From Anaeromyxobacter sp. (GTDB taxonomy: Bacteria > Myxococcota > Myxococcia > Myxococcales > Anaeromyxobacteraceae): DNA of 64,000 bases. The stretch is taken from positions 160,001-224,000 of the forward strand of contig JASGJN010000004.1 of the NCBI GenBank assembly GCA_049840735.1, written 5' to 3'. Below are positions 36,550-48,492 of this stretch, piece after piece. The notes beneath the pieces were generated by a model. The model made no database searches and was not told the DNA's origin. It was given only the letters and a program-made list of their open reading frames with translations. Both the position numbers and the translations under genes were made by a program. Within the stretch, counting starts at the first letter, position 1; every line of letters starts with the position of its first letter.

Positions 36550-39168
36550 ATGAAGCACGGAGCGTGGAAGACGCTGCTCGCCTGCATCGCCGGGGTTGCG
36601 ATGCTGGGGGGCTGCGGCGACGACGAGAGCACGCCGGACTACCAGCTGCACGTCGCCTCGCCGGAATGGCAGGACCAGATCGTCTACTTCGTCATGACGG
36701 ACCGGTTCGACGACGGCAACACCGGCAACGACGACCAGGGGGCCGGCGAGTTCGACCGGACCAGCAACGCCAAGTACAGCGGCGGCGACCTGGCCGGCGT
36801 CAAGAACCGGCTCGACTACATCAAGGGGCTGGGCGCCACGGCGGTCTGGATCACCCCGCCGGTCGCGAACCAGTGGTGGGATCCGCACGTCAACTACGGC
36901 GGCTACCACGGCTACTGGGCGCGTGACTTCATGTCGGTCGACAAGCACATGGGCTCGCTCGACGACTACAAGGCGCTCTCCGACGCGCTCCACCGCAACA
37001 GCATGTACCTGATCCAGGACGTGGTCGTGAACCACATGGCCAACTGCTTCTGGTACGACGGGGACTACGACCCGCTGGACCCGACGCTGCACGTGGTCAC
37101 CAACGGCTCCGCCGCGCCGGCCTGCGGGCCGACCCGCGCGCCGTTCAACCAGTGGAACCCGCTCGACCCGGCGTCGCTCGCGGCCAAGGTCTTCCACTGG
37201 ACCCCGTACATCTCCGACTACGCGAACCAGGACCAGGTCTGGAACTACCAGCTCTCCGACCTGGACGACCTCAACACCGAGACCCCCGAGGTCGTGGCGG
37301 CGCTGAAGGAGCAGTACGCGTACTGGATCTCCACGGTGGGCGTGGACGCCTTCCGCGTGGACACGGCGTTCTACGTCCCGCAGGACTTCTTCAAGGCCTG
37401 GTACCACGACGCGGACGGCATCGACGCCGCCGCGAAGGCCACCGGCCGCGAGGGCTTCCTGGCCTTCGGCGAGGGCTACGCGTCCGACAATCCCTACGAG
37501 ACCACGCAGCAGGAGCGGATCGAGTCCTACATGGTGGACGGCCAGGAGCCGGTCCTGCCCTCCATGATCAACTTCCCCATGTACCGGACCGCCGGCGACG
37601 TCTTCGCCCGCGGGCACCCGACCGCCGAGCTGGGCCACCGCATGGCCTCGGCCGCGGCGCTCCACGGCGCGCGCTGGCACGTCATGCCCAGCTTCCTCGA
37701 CAACCACGACACCGACCGGTTCCTGGCCGGCGGCACGACGGTGGCGCTGCAGCAGGATCTGCTCTTCATGATGACCACCCCCGGCATCCCGGTCATCTAC
37801 CAGGGCACCGAGCAGGGCTTCACCGAGCAGCGCGGGTCGATGTTCAAGGGCGGCTTCGGCTCCGGCAACCTCGATCACTTCGACCCCACCCACCCGCTCT
37901 ACCAGTACATCGCGCAGGTCGCGCAGCTCCGGAAGGCCAACCCGGTGCTGAGCCGCGGTGAGCCCACCGTCCTCAAGCAGACCTCGGGCGCCCCCGGCGC
38001 CTTCGTCTACAAGATGGAATACGCCCACGACGGCACCACCGAGACGGCGCTGGTCCTCTTCAACACCGCGGACGCCGAGGTGCTGGTCGACAACGCCGAG
38101 ACCGGCCTGGCCGACGGCGCCGTGCTGCACCTGCTCTACTCGCTCAGGCCCGGCGCCACCGAGCTGGTGGCCGGCGCGGGCGGCAAGCTCACCCTGCCGC
38201 TGGGGGCGCGCGAGGCGCGCGTCTACCTCGCCACCGGCGCCACCACCACCGTCCCGACCCCTGGCCACCTGACGCTCACCATCCCCGGCGGCAGCGAGCA
38301 GTCCGGCGACTTCACCGTCAGCGGCACCACCGACGTGGCCGGCGTCGAGCAGGTCAAGATCGTGGTGGACGGCGACCTGGCCCATTCGAAGAGCGCGAAC
38401 GTCGTGGGCGGCGCCTTCTCCGCCACGGTGGACACCAGCGCCATGTTCGACGCGTCGGCGGTCCACACCGTCACCGCCTACATCCGCACGGTCAACCTGG
38501 CCTCGGAGACCGCCACGTTCACCGTGGACCAGTCCTTCCACGAGCGGGTGAGCTACACCGACCCGACGGGTGACGACCTCGGGCCGGACGGCACGTACGC
38601 CTATCCGACCGACGCCTCGTGGGGGGACCACCGCCAGATGGACATCGAGGGCGTGCAGGTCCTCACCTCCGCCCGCACGCTCCGGCTGCGCGTGAAGACG
38701 CACGACGTGACCGACGACTGGAACCCGCAGAACGGCTTCGACCACGTCTGCTTCAGCGTCTTCATCGACCTGCCTGGCGTCACCGGCGCCTCGGTGATGC
38801 CGCAGCAGTCCGGGCAGGTGCCGGACGGCTTCAACTGGGACTACAAGGCCCGCGTCCACGGCTGGTCCAACGCGCTCTTCTCCAGCGCGGGGGCCAGCGA
38901 CACGGTCGAGGGCACCGCCAGCGCACCGGCCGCCATCGTGTCTGTCGAGCCGGAGGCCGACGTGATCCAGTTCACCTTCCTGCCCGCCGGCATCGGCAAC
39001 CCGGCCACCCTGGACGGCGTGAAGATCTACATCACGACCTGGGACTACGACGGCGGGTTCCGCACCTTCACCGAGACGCCGCAGCCGTGGAACTTCTCCG
39101 GCGGCGTCGAGGGCACCGATCCGAAGGTGATGGACGACACCGCGGTGCTCACCATCACGAACGACTAG
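36550..39168 (+). CDS. GH13 alpha-amylase-family lipoprotein with C-terminal glucodextranase/DOMON-like domain
   Basis: Lipobox LGGC; YFVMTDRF, GGDLAG, YHGYW, DVVVNH, AFRVDT, FGE and FLDNHD; C-terminal DPTGDDLGP and WNPQNGFDH. Confidence 0.9.
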   Translation: MKHGAWKTLLACIAGVAMLGGCGDDESTPDYQLHVASPEWQDQIVYFVMTDRFDDGNTGNDDQGAGEFDRTSNAKYSGGDLAGVKNRLDYIKGLGATAVWITPPVANQWWDPHVNYGGYHGYWARDFMSVDKHMGSLDDYKALSDALHRNSMYLIQDVVVNHMANCFWYDGDYDPLDPTLHVVTNGSAAPACGPTRAPFNQWNPLDPASLAAKVFHWTPYISDYANQDQVWNYQLSDLDDLNTETPEVVAALKEQYAYWISTVGVDAFRVDTAFYVPQDFFKAWYHDADGIDAAAKATGREGFLAFGEGYASDNPYETTQQERIESYMVDGQEPVLPSMINFPMYRTAGDVFARGHPTAELGHRMASAAALHGARWHVMPSFLDNHDTDRFLAGGTTVALQQDLLFMMTTPGIPVIYQGTEQGFTEQRGSMFKGGFGSGNLDHFDPTHPLYQYIAQVAQLRKANPVLSRGEPTVLKQTSGAPGAFVYKMEYAHDGTTETALVLFNTADAEVLVDNAETGLADGAVLHLLYSLRPGATELVAGAGGKLTLPLGAREARVYLATGATTTVPTPGHLTLTIPGGSEQSGDFTVSGTTDVAGVEQVKIVVDGDLAHSKSANVVGGAFSATVDTSAMFDASAVHTVTAYIRTVNLASETATFTVDQSFHERVSYTDPTGDDLGPDGTYAYPTDASWGDHRQMDIEGVQVLTSARTLRLRVKTHDVTDDWNPQNGFDHVCFSVFIDLPGVTGASVMPQQSGQVPDGFNWDYKARVHGWSNALFSSAGASDTVEGTASAPAAIVSVEPEADVIQFTFLPAGIGNPATLDGVKIYITTWDYDGGFRTFTETPQPWNFSGGVEGTDPKVMDDTAVLTITND

Positions 39169-39180
39169 CCGCTCCCGCCA

Positions 39181-39208
39181 GCCTCCCCGCGTCCGCGCGG
39201 GGAGGCGC
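39181..39208 (+). terminator. GC-rich hairpin after the amylase gene
   Basis: GCCTCCCCGCG...CGCGGGGAGGC inverted repeat; no U-tract. Confidence 0.45.
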
Positions 39209-39303
39209 GCGGTGTCCGGGCGCCGGCCTCGCGAGGGGCCGGCGCTCGGCGCTTCCGGAGGGGTCGCGTCCTTCTACATTACACTTTCGGACCCCGGAGC
39301 GGG

Positions 39304-39502
39304 CGGGCCTGCCGGCGGGACGGGGCGCGGGACGGGCCTGCCGGCGGGACGGGGCGCGGGGGGCCCTGCCCCCGCGCCGCGGGCGGTGGCGTGCGGACGG
39401 AGGGGGGTGGGGCTGGGGACGGGGAGCGGGGGAGAGGCGGGAGTGGGGTGGAGGGGAGCGGGGGAGCGGGGGAGTGGCGGGAGTGGGGTGGAGGGGAGCG
39501 GG
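39304..39502. repeat. G-rich intergenic repeat tract, partly related (inverted) to 60366-60463
   Basis: CGGGCCTGCCGGCGGGACGGGGCGCGGG twice; GGCGGGAGTGGGGTGGAGGGGAGCGGG twice. Confidence 0.75.
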
Positions 39503-39697
39503 TGCACAGCCGGGGGTGGGCGCGTGCGCCCTTCGAGTCAACTGAGAGTTACTTACTCCAGCGCGTGCGCCCTTGGAGGGAGCCGCGGGAGGGGGCGGGA
39601 TTCACACAAGGCCGCCCTGGCGGCGCGAGAGCGTGACCATGTCAGCCCGAATCAAGATCGGGGCCGGGGTCGTCGGCGGTTCGTCGTGCCGTTGCGG

Positions 39698-40342
39698 TCA
39701 CGTCCCGATGTAGCGCCCGGGCCTGTGGTTGAACGCAAGCACCAGGTTGAGCGCCACCACGCCCAGCACCGAGAGCACCAGCGTGAGCGGCGAGACCACG
39801 AAGGCCGAGGTGGTGACGATGGCCGCGTCGATCGCCATCTGGAACAGCCCCGCCCGCACGCCGTACCGCTCCTGGAGCCAGAGCGCGAGGATGTTGATCC
39901 CGCCCAGCGAGGCGCCGTGCCGGAACAGCACCAGCAGCCCCACGCCCACCAGGAAGCCGCCCATCAGCGCCGCGTAGACCGGCAGCACGCCCGCGATCCG
40001 CAGCACCGCGCCCAGGTGGTCCGAGGCCACCGAGACCAGCACCACCGCCAGGAAGGTCCGGACGGTGAACCGCCAGCCCTTGCGCCGGATGGCCAGCCAG
40101 AAGAAGGGCAGGTTGAGCGCGGTGAAGAGCTGCCCGAACGAGAGCGGCGTCAGGCGCGAGAGCAGGAGCGCCAGGCCCGCCGTGCCGCCCATCACGAGCC
40201 GGGCCTCGTGCAGCAGGCCCACCCCGAGCGAGATGAACGCGGTCGCGGTGACGAGCGCCTGCAGGTCGTCCAGGTGGGTGTGTCGGACAGCCAGCGGGGG
40301 CAGGTCGTCCGGACGGTCGGCGGCGGGGGTGGGCTGGCTCAT
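39698..40342 (-). CDS. YitT-family membrane protein
   Basis: GGTAGLA, NLPFFW, FRHGASLGGINILA and NHRPGRY. Confidence 0.85.
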   Translation of the reverse strand: MSQPTPAADRPDDLPPLAVRHTHLDDLQALVTATAFISLGVGLLHEARLVMGGTAGLALLLSRLTPLSFGQLFTALNLPFFWLAIRRKGWRFTVRTFLAVVLVSVASDHLGAVLRIAGVLPVYAALMGGFLVGVGLLVLFRHGASLGGINILALWLQERYGVRAGLFQMAIDAAIVTTSAFVVSPLTLVLSVLGVVALNLVLAFNHRPGRYIGT

Positions 40343-40587
40343 GCTGGCTCCGGGGGCGCGGAGAAGAGCACGGACCGGGTGCGGAGGTCACCCCCCTTTG
40401 TGACCGGCACGCCGGCGTCGCTGGACCCGGTGCGGCGGGCGTCCTGCCGGCCACCGAACCGGCCGTCAACAGGGCTGGTTTGCAGGGTCACGCACACACC
40501 GTCCGTCCCCGGCGCTCCCCCATTCGAGCGCGTCCAGAGGCGCCACTCCGCGCTTCCTGCCGTCGCCGGGATCCGGTACGCTCGATT

Positions 40588-40608
40588 TTAGTCAGTTTCT
40601 TGGACTAA
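40588..40608. promoter_or_regulatory. Palindromic operator TTAGTC-N9-GACTAA, candidate ROK repressor site
   Basis: AT-rich 21-bp palindrome; second copy at 51438-51458. Confidence 0.7.
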
Positions 40609-40772
40609 TTCCGGCGGGTAGGCCTGGTCCCACCCGCCGTGAACCCGGCACGGAGCGGAACGGGGCACCGGATCCGGCGGTCGGCGGCACCGGCTCACCC
40701 ACGTCCACGCGACCCGCGACCGGCTTCGACTGGCGGCCCCACCGCGGCGGCCGCATGCGGAAGGAGCGGGAC

Positions 40773-41946
40773 ATGATCGAGGGCGGGTCCTCCCAGGGAG
40801 CGGGCGCCGGGCTGCGGTACGGGATGATCGGCGGCGGCCAGGGCGCCTTCATCGGCGACGTGCACCGCAAGGCCATCGCGCTGGACGGCGGCGCCACGCT
40901 GGCCGCCGGCTGCTTCTCGCAGTCCCACGAGAACACGCTCGCCACCGGCCGCGCGCTGGGGCTGGACGGGCAACGGCTCTACCGCTCGTTCGAGGAGATG
41001 GCCGAGGCCGAGGCGCGCCGCCAGGACGGCGTGGACTTCGTCGTCATCGTCACGCCCAACGGGCTCCACCACCCGGCCGCGAAGGCCTTCCTCACGCGCG
41101 GGATCCACGTGGTCTGCGACAAGCCGCTGACCTTCGAGGTGGCCGAGGCCGAGGAGCTGGCCGCGCTGGCGAAGAAGAAGGACCTGCTCTTCTGCGTCAC
41201 GTACACGTACACCGGCTACCCGACCGCCAAGCACGTGCGCGAGCTGATCGCCCGCGGCGACCTGGGGGAGCTGCGCTTCGTGAACGCCGAGTACGCGCAG
41301 GAGTGGCTGGCCACGCCGCTGGAGCGCGAGGGGCAGAAGCAGGCGGCCTGGCGCGGCGACCCGAAGAAGTCGGGCAAGTCCAACTGCGTGGGCGACATCG
41401 GCAGCCACGTCGAGAACATGGTGGCCTACATGACCGGGCTCCGGATCACCCGGCTCTGCGCCCGGCTGGACACCTTCGTGCCCGGCCGGCTGCTCGACGA
41501 CAACGCGTCCATCCTGGTCGAGTACGGCGGCGGCGCGAAGGGGCTCTACTGGGCCTCGCAGATCGCGGTGGGCAAGGACAACGGCCTGCGGGTCCGCATC
41601 TACGGCTCCAAGGGCGCCATCGAGTGGGCGCAGGAGGACCCCAACTACCTCCGCTTCTCGCGCCTGGGGCAGCCCACCCAGAATCCTCTCCCGCGGCCGC
41701 GACGCGCTCTACCCGCACGCGCAGGCCTACTCGCGCATCCCGTCCGGCCACCCCGAGGGCTACTTCGAGGCCTTCGCCAACATCTACCGGACCTTCACCC
41801 ACGCGCTCTCGAAGCGGAAGGCCGGCGCCCCGCTGACCGAGGCCGAGCTGGACTTCCCCGGCGTCGAGGAGGGGATCGCCGGCGTCCGCTTCATCGGCAA
41901 GTGCGTGGAGAGCTCGCAGCAGGGCGCGGTCTGGGTGGACCTGTAG
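40773..41946 (+). CDS. Gfo/Idh/MocA-family oxidoreductase (frameshift at GAATC 41681)
   Basis: GMIGGGQGAFIG, VTPNGLH, CDKPL, GDIGSH and PSGHPEGYFEAFAN. Confidence 0.9.
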
Positions 41947-42018
41947 CCCCTACCTTGAACCCGGAACCGGGGGCCCGGCCCGCGGGCCCGCCCCAGGACA
42001 CGAACAAAGGAGCCGACC

Positions 42019-43014
<996 letters not shown>

Positions 43015-43027
43015 GCGTGAGAACCGG

Positions 43028-44529
43028 ATGCCCGGGGCCCTGATCCAGACCGAGGGGATCTCCAAGGAGTTCTCGTCCGTGCGGGTGCTCGATCGCATCT
43101 CGATCGAGGTCCGCACGGGCGAGATCCTGGGCATCATCGGCGAGAACGGCGCCGGCAAGTCCACCCTGCTCAAGAATCCTCTCCGGCATCTACACGCCGA
43201 CCGAGGGCCGGGTGCTGCTGGACGGCCGCGAGGTGCACCTGCGCACCCCCGGCGACGCGCAGCGGCTGGGCATCTGCCTCATCCCGCAGGAGTTCAACCT
43301 CGTCGGCGACCTGAACGTCTACGAGAACGTCTTCCTCGGGCGCGAGCTGCGGCGCCCCTCCGGCCTGCTCGACAAGGCGGCCATGATCCGCCGCACCGCC
43401 GAGCTGCTGCGCGGGCTGGAGCTGCAGATCGACCCCACCGCGCGGATCGCCGCGCTCAACGTGGCGCAGAAGCAGATGGTGGAGATCGCCAAGGCGCTGG
43501 CCTTCGACGCCCGGCTGCTGATCCTGGACGAGCCCACCACCGTGCTCACGCGGCACGAGATCGACCTGCTCTTCGAGCAGATGCGGGCGCTCCAGGCCCG
43601 CGGCGTGACGATGATCTACATCTCCCACAAGCTGCGGGAGGTGCGCGAGAATCTGCGACCGGGTGATGGTGCTGCGCGACGGGCAGTACATCTGCCTGGA
43701 GGAGATCGCGGCGCTGCCGGTGGACGAGATGGTGCGCCGCATGGTGGGGCGCGAGCTCACCCAGATCTTCCCGCCGAAGCGGACGGAGCTCGGCGAGGTG
43801 GCGCTGGAGGTGGAGGGGCTCACCGTCCCGGGCGTCCTCCAGGACGTGACCTTCCGGCTCCACCGCGGCGAGATCCTGGGCTTCGCCGGCCTGGGCGGCT
43901 CCGGGCGGACCGAGGTGGCGGAGACCATCCTCGGCGTGCGGCGCGCCTCGCGCGGACGGATCCGCGTGGACGGCGAGCAGGTGCACATCCACGGCCCCGG
44001 CGACGCGGTGGCGGCCGGCATCGGCTATCTCTCCGAGGATCGCCAGGGCTCGGGCATCCTCACGGGCCACTCCGTGGCCAAGAACGTCACGCTGGTCTCG
44101 CTGGGGAAGTACCTGCGCGCCGGCTTCATCGACGGCCGCCGCGAGCGGCAGGCGGTCCAGGAGCACGTGCACCGCTTCTCCATCCGGGCGCCGGGCCTGG
44201 ACACCTCGCTGGAGTTCCTGTCTGGCGGCAACCAGCAGAAGGTCTCGCTGGCCAAGGTCCTGGACGCCGAGCCGCGGGTGCTGATCCTGGACGAGCCCAC
44301 CCGCGGCGTGGACGTGGGCGCCAAGCGCGACATCTACCGGTTCGTGCACGGCCTGGCCGAGGCCGGCCTGGCCTGCCTCTTCATCTCCTCCGAGCTGGAG
44401 GAGGTCATCGGCATGTGCTCGCGCGTGCTGGTGATGAAGGAGGGGCGGCTGGTGGGCCAGGTCCAGGGCGACCGGATCACCGAGGAGGAGATCATGTTCT
44501 TCGCCACGGGCGTGAAGGAGGGGGCCTGA
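43028..44529 (+). CDS. Monosaccharide ABC transporter ATP-binding protein, RbsA/XylG-like (two GAATC frameshifts)
   Basis: GENGAGKSTL, ILDEPT, LSGGNQQK and DEPTRGVDVGAK. Confidence 0.9.
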
Positions 44530-44530
44530 C

Positions 44531-45517
44531 ATGGCCGTCGCCCTCCCCGCCCTCCGCGCGCCGCTCGTGAACCGGCTCCGGAGCTACAACTACGCCCCGC
44601 TCATCGCGCTGGTGGTGCTGTTCGTCATCTCCGCCCTGCTCAGCCCGGTGTTCCTGCAGCCCGGCAACCTCCTCAACATCGTCCGCCAGGTCTCCTACTC
44701 GGGCATCGTCGCCCTGGGCATGACCTTCGTCATCATCTCCGGAGGGATCGACCTCTCGGTCGGTTCGATGATGGCCTGGGTGGGCGCCCTCTCCGTCGCG
44801 TTCCTCAACTACGCCCTGGCCGCGCCGTGGGCGGGAGGCGAGACCGGCGCCATCGCGCTGGCGACGGTCGTGGCGCTGGGGCTGGGCGCGGTGATGGGGC
44901 TCGCCAACGGGCTCGTGATCACCAAGGCCGGCATGGCGCCGTTCATCGTGACGCTGGGCACCATGGCCATCTACCGCTCGCAGGCGCTCTACTACGGTGA
45001 GGCCGGCGAGATCCGCTCGGAGAGCCCGCTCTACGGCGAGCTGGGCATGAGCTCGGTGCTGGCCATCCCCACGCCGATCTGGGTCTTCGTGCTCCTCGCG
45101 CTGGGGCTCAACCTGCTGCTCAACAACACCCGCTACGGGCGCCACCTCTGCGCGGTGGGCTCCAACGAGAAGGTGGCCCGCTACGCCGCCATCGGCGTGG
45201 ACCGGGTCCGGACCTGGGCCTACGTGATCGTCGGGATGATGGTGGGCGTCTCCAGCGTGCTGCTCTCGGCCCGGATCAACTCCACCTCCACCACCAACTT
45301 CGGCGTGGGCTACGAGCTGGACGCCATCGCGGCCGTGGCCATCGGCGGCACGCCCATGAGCGGCGGCCGCGGGTCGATCTGGGGCACGCTCATCGGCGCC
45401 ATCATCCTCGGGATCATCAACAACATGCTCAACATGATGGGCGTCTCGCCCTACCTGCAGGGCACGGTCAAGGGGGCCGTCATCATCGCGGCCGTCCTCA
45501 TCCAGAAGAAGCTGTAG
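44531..45517 (+). CDS. Monosaccharide ABC transporter permease (RbsC-like)
   Basis: GGIDLSVG, PFIVTLG and YELDAIAAVAIGGT. Confidence 0.92.
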   Translation: MAVALPALRAPLVNRLRSYNYAPLIALVVLFVISALLSPVFLQPGNLLNIVRQVSYSGIVALGMTFVIISGGIDLSVGSMMAWVGALSVAFLNYALAAPWAGGETGAIALATVVALGLGAVMGLANGLVITKAGMAPFIVTLGTMAIYRSQALYYGEAGEIRSESPLYGELGMSSVLAIPTPIWVFVLLALGLNLLLNNTRYGRHLCAVGSNEKVARYAAIGVDRVRTWAYVIVGMMVGVSSVLLSARINSTSTTNFGVGYELDAIAAVAIGGTPMSGGRGSIWGTLIGAIILGIINNMLNMMGVSPYLQGTVKGAVIIAAVLIQKKL

Positions 45518-45596
45518 TCGTCACAGGGGTGCAGCACCGGGCCGGGCCCGAGCCCGCCTCCGGATCCGTTCCAGGGAGACACACAAGGGAGAGGTC

Positions 45597-46560
45597 ATGA
45601 AGAAGCTACTGCTCGCTCTGCTCGCAGCGCTGCTCATTCCGACCTTCGCGTCCGCGCAGGCCAAGGTGAAGATCGGCGTCTCCATCCCGACGGCCGACCA
45701 CGGCTGGACGGGCGGCATCAACTGGTGGGCGAAGAAGGCCATCGCCGACTGGCAGGCAAAGGACAAGAACGTCGAGTTCTACCTGGTCACCGCCTCCGAC
45801 CCGCAGAAGCAGGTCAACGACGTCGAGGACCTGATGCAGAAGGGCATCAACGCCCTGGTGATCCTGGCGCACGACTCCGCGCCGCTCACCCCCATCGTGA
45901 AGAAGGCCTACGAGAAGGGCATCTACGTGGTCTCGGTGGACCGCGGCCTGACCGAGAAGGCCGAGAACGTCTACATCGCCGGCGACAACCCGGGCCTGGG
46001 CCGCGTCTCCGGCGAGTGGCTGGGCGCGGCGATGGGCGGCAAGGGCAACGTGGTGGTGCTCGAGGGCATCCCCTGCGTGATCAACACCGAGCGCGTGGAG
46101 GGGTTCAAGCAGGTGATGGCCAAGAAGTACCCGGGCGTGAAGATCCTCGACTCGCAGCCGGCCTACTGGGACACGCAGAAGGGGCTGCAGATCATGGAGA
46201 ACTACCTGCAGAAGTACAAGCAGATCGACGCCGTGTGGGCGCAGGACGACGACGTCCTCATCGGCGTGCTGCAGGCCATCAAGGAGTCCGGCCGCAAGGA
46301 CATCAAGAATCGCCCTGGGCGGCGCCGGCTCCAAGATCATGATCAAGAAGGTGATGGACGGTGACCAGCTGGTCCGCGCCGACGTCACCTACCCGCCGTC
46401 GATGATCGCCACCGGCATCAGCCTGGCGGTGAACGGCGCCCAGAACAAGAAGCTGGACGGCTTCTACCAGCAGAAGGTCCCGTCCAAGATCGTCCTCGCG
46501 GCCGAGCTCATCACCAAGGAGAACGCGAAGGACTACTACGTGCCCGACGCGATCTTCTAG
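45597..46560 (+). CDS. Monosaccharide ABC substrate-binding protein (frameshift at GAATC 46307)
   Basis: Signal peptide; ADHGWTGG, VSVDRG, AGDN, WAQDDD and DVTYPPSMI. Confidence 0.9.
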
Positions 46561-46614
46561 CCGGGATCGCGCTGGTGCACAGGCGCCGCGCGGTCGCCCC
46601 GGCCGCAGCGGCCC

Positions 46615-46647
46615 GGAGGCCGCCTCCTCCCCGGAGGCGGCCTCCTT
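46615..46647 (+). terminator. Hairpin after the sugar ABC operon
   Basis: GGAGGCCGCCTCC-TCCCC-GGAGGCGGCCTCC-TT. Confidence 0.55.
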
Positions 46648-46777
46648 CGCGTCGAGGGGCGCTCATCGCTCTCGGCCCTGATCGAGTCGGGCGCGGCGTG
46701 CAGCGCCTGAAGCACGAAAGGGCCAGCCCGCCACGCGGACCGACCCTTCGTCGAGACCCCTGCAGCGCCTGCGTCTC

Positions 46778-46963
46778 TTACTGACCCGCCGCCTCGCTCC
46801 AGGCCGCGCGGCGTGCCGCGACGGTCTGCAGCTGGTTGACCCGAGCAGTGGCCCTGAGGAGCACCACCATCACAGGGGCGGCGAGGACGGACGTCGCCGT
46901 CCAGATGACACCGACCCAGGCCAGACTCGACGCGAACGCTGCCATGGTTTCATGTGACAGCAA
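46778..46963 (-). CDS. Small hydrophobic hypothetical protein
   Basis: 61-aa ORF with one long hydrophobic segment; AAGGA upstream. Confidence 0.4.
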   Translation of the reverse strand: MLSHETMAAFASSLAWVGVIWTATSVLAAPVMVVLLRATARVNQLQTVAARRAAWSEAAGQ

Positions 46964-47170
46964 GATCCGATCCTTCCGCGTCCTGCGTGGGAACCGAGGA
47001 TCTACGAGCTCTTACGTCAGCATAGGCACGACCATGTACCGGGTACAGGGTACACCCGGGTAGCTACTTACCCCCGATCTTTCTACCCGTGCCCCCTTTT
47101 GGACACCCCGTTGACACTGCCTCGCCTCGGGCCATGCACCAGCCGTGAAGGGCTCGGGGCTCCAGCCCGA

Positions 47171-48247
47171 TCAGCCGCGCCCCTCGACGCCGAACCGGTA
47201 CACGGTGGTGGTGGCGTACCGCTCCCCCGGGCGGAGGATGGTGGACGGGAAGCCGGGCTGGTTGGGCGAGTCCGGGAAGTGCTGGGTCTCGAGGCAGAAC
47301 CCGGTCCGCCGTCCGTAGGCGCGACCGCGCTTGCCGCTGATGGAGCCGTCGAGGAAGTTGCCCGAGTAGAACTGCACGCCCGGCTCGGTGGTGAAGACCT
47401 CCAGCACGCGCCCGGAGCGCGGGGCGAAGACGCGCGCCGCCGGGGCCAGCGCGGGCGCACCGCGCACCAGGATCCAGTTGTGGTCGTACCCGCCGGCCAG
47501 CTGCAGCTGCGGGTGATCGGCGTCGATGGCGTCGCCGATGCGGCGGGGCTGGGAGAAGTCGAAGGGCGAGCCGGCCACCGGCTCCAGCGCGCCGGTGGGG
47601 ATGAGCCCCGGGCCGACGGCGGTGATGTGGCGGGCGTGGAGCTGGAGCACGTGGGCCAGGACGTCGCCGCTCCCCTCCCCCTCGAGGTTGAAGTAGCCGT
47701 GGTGGGTCAGGTTCACCGGGGTGGGCCGGTCGGTGGTGGCCTCGTAGCTGAAGCTGAGCGTGCCGTCGGCGCCCAGCGCCACCGTCACCCCTACCACCAG
47801 CCGGCCCGGGAAGCCGCCGTCGCCGTCCGGGCTCTGCAGCCGCAGCTCCAGCGCCGCGACGTCACCGGTCGTGAACGGCCGCGCCTCCCAGACCGCCTTG
47901 TCGAAGCCGCGCGGGCCGCCGTGCAGCTGGTTCCCGCCGTCGTTGAGGGGCAGCTGGTACACCTGGCCGTCGAGCAGGAACCGGCCCTGGCCGATCCGGT
48001 TGCCGTAGCGGCCGATCAGGGCGCCCAGGTAGGAGCGGTCGGTCCGGTAGCCATCGAGCGTCGGGTACCCGAGCACCACGTCGTCAAGCCGCCCGTCGCG
48101 ATCCGGCGCGCGCAGCGACACCACCGCGCCGCCGAAGGTGGACACCTCCGCCGCGAGGCCGCCCGCCTCGAGCGTGTACAGGTCGACGGCGGTGCCGTCG
48201 GGCAGGGTTCCGTGGGGACGCCGCTCCAGGGTCGGTCGCTGGGCCAT
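47171..48247 (-). CDS. galM: Aldose 1-epimerase (mutarotase)
   Basis: GRYGNRI, LHGG, NLTHHGYFNL, GYDHN and CLETQHFPDSPN. Confidence 0.93.
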   Translation of the reverse strand: MAQRPTLERRPHGTLPDGTAVDLYTLEAGGLAAEVSTFGGAVVSLRAPDRDGRLDDVVLGYPTLDGYRTDRSYLGALIGRYGNRIGQGRFLLDGQVYQLPLNDGGNQLHGGPRGFDKAVWEARPFTTGDVAALELRLQSPDGDGGFPGRLVVGVTVALGADGTLSFSYEATTDRPTPVNLTHHGYFNLEGEGSGDVLAHVLQLHARHITAVGPGLIPTGALEPVAGSPFDFSQPRRIGDAIDADHPQLQLAGGYDHNWILVRGAPALAPAARVFAPRSGRVLEVFTTEPGVQFYSGNFLDGSISGKRGRAYGRRTGFCLETQHFPDSPNQPGFPSTILRPGERYATTTVYRFGVEGRG

Positions 48248-48267
48248 GCCGCACTCTCGATCGGCTC

Positions 48268-48299
48268 GGGCACCCCGCCAACTTCCTGGCGGGGTGCCC
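48268..48299. other. 13-bp-stem hairpin between xylA and galM
   Basis: GGGCACCCCGCCA-ACTTCC-TGGCGGGGTGCCC. Confidence 0.6.
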
Positions 48300-48313
48300 G
48301 CGGCCGCGACGGT

Positions 48314-48472
48314 TGAAGCGGGGGGCTGCGCCCCCCGCCCCGCCGGCAAAGCCGTCGGGGCCCCACCCCCTGCCACGCTGGGTCCCAGCGCGCTGCGGCC
48401 TCCGGCCTTGCGCGCGACCCAGCGCCGAGGGGCTTCGCCCCTCCCCCGGCCACATGCCGGGGCCCCCACCCC
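48314..48472 (+). repeat. ~155-bp structured dispersed repeat (copy 2)
   Basis: Near-identical to 27393-27548. Confidence 0.9.
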
Positions 48473-48492
48473 GCCCCGCTCCGATCGCCCGC

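Noticed and set aside
40386..40405. GGTCAC-N8-GTGACC palindrome upstream of the YitT gene
   Set aside because: It occurs once with no cognate regulator identified and could be chance.
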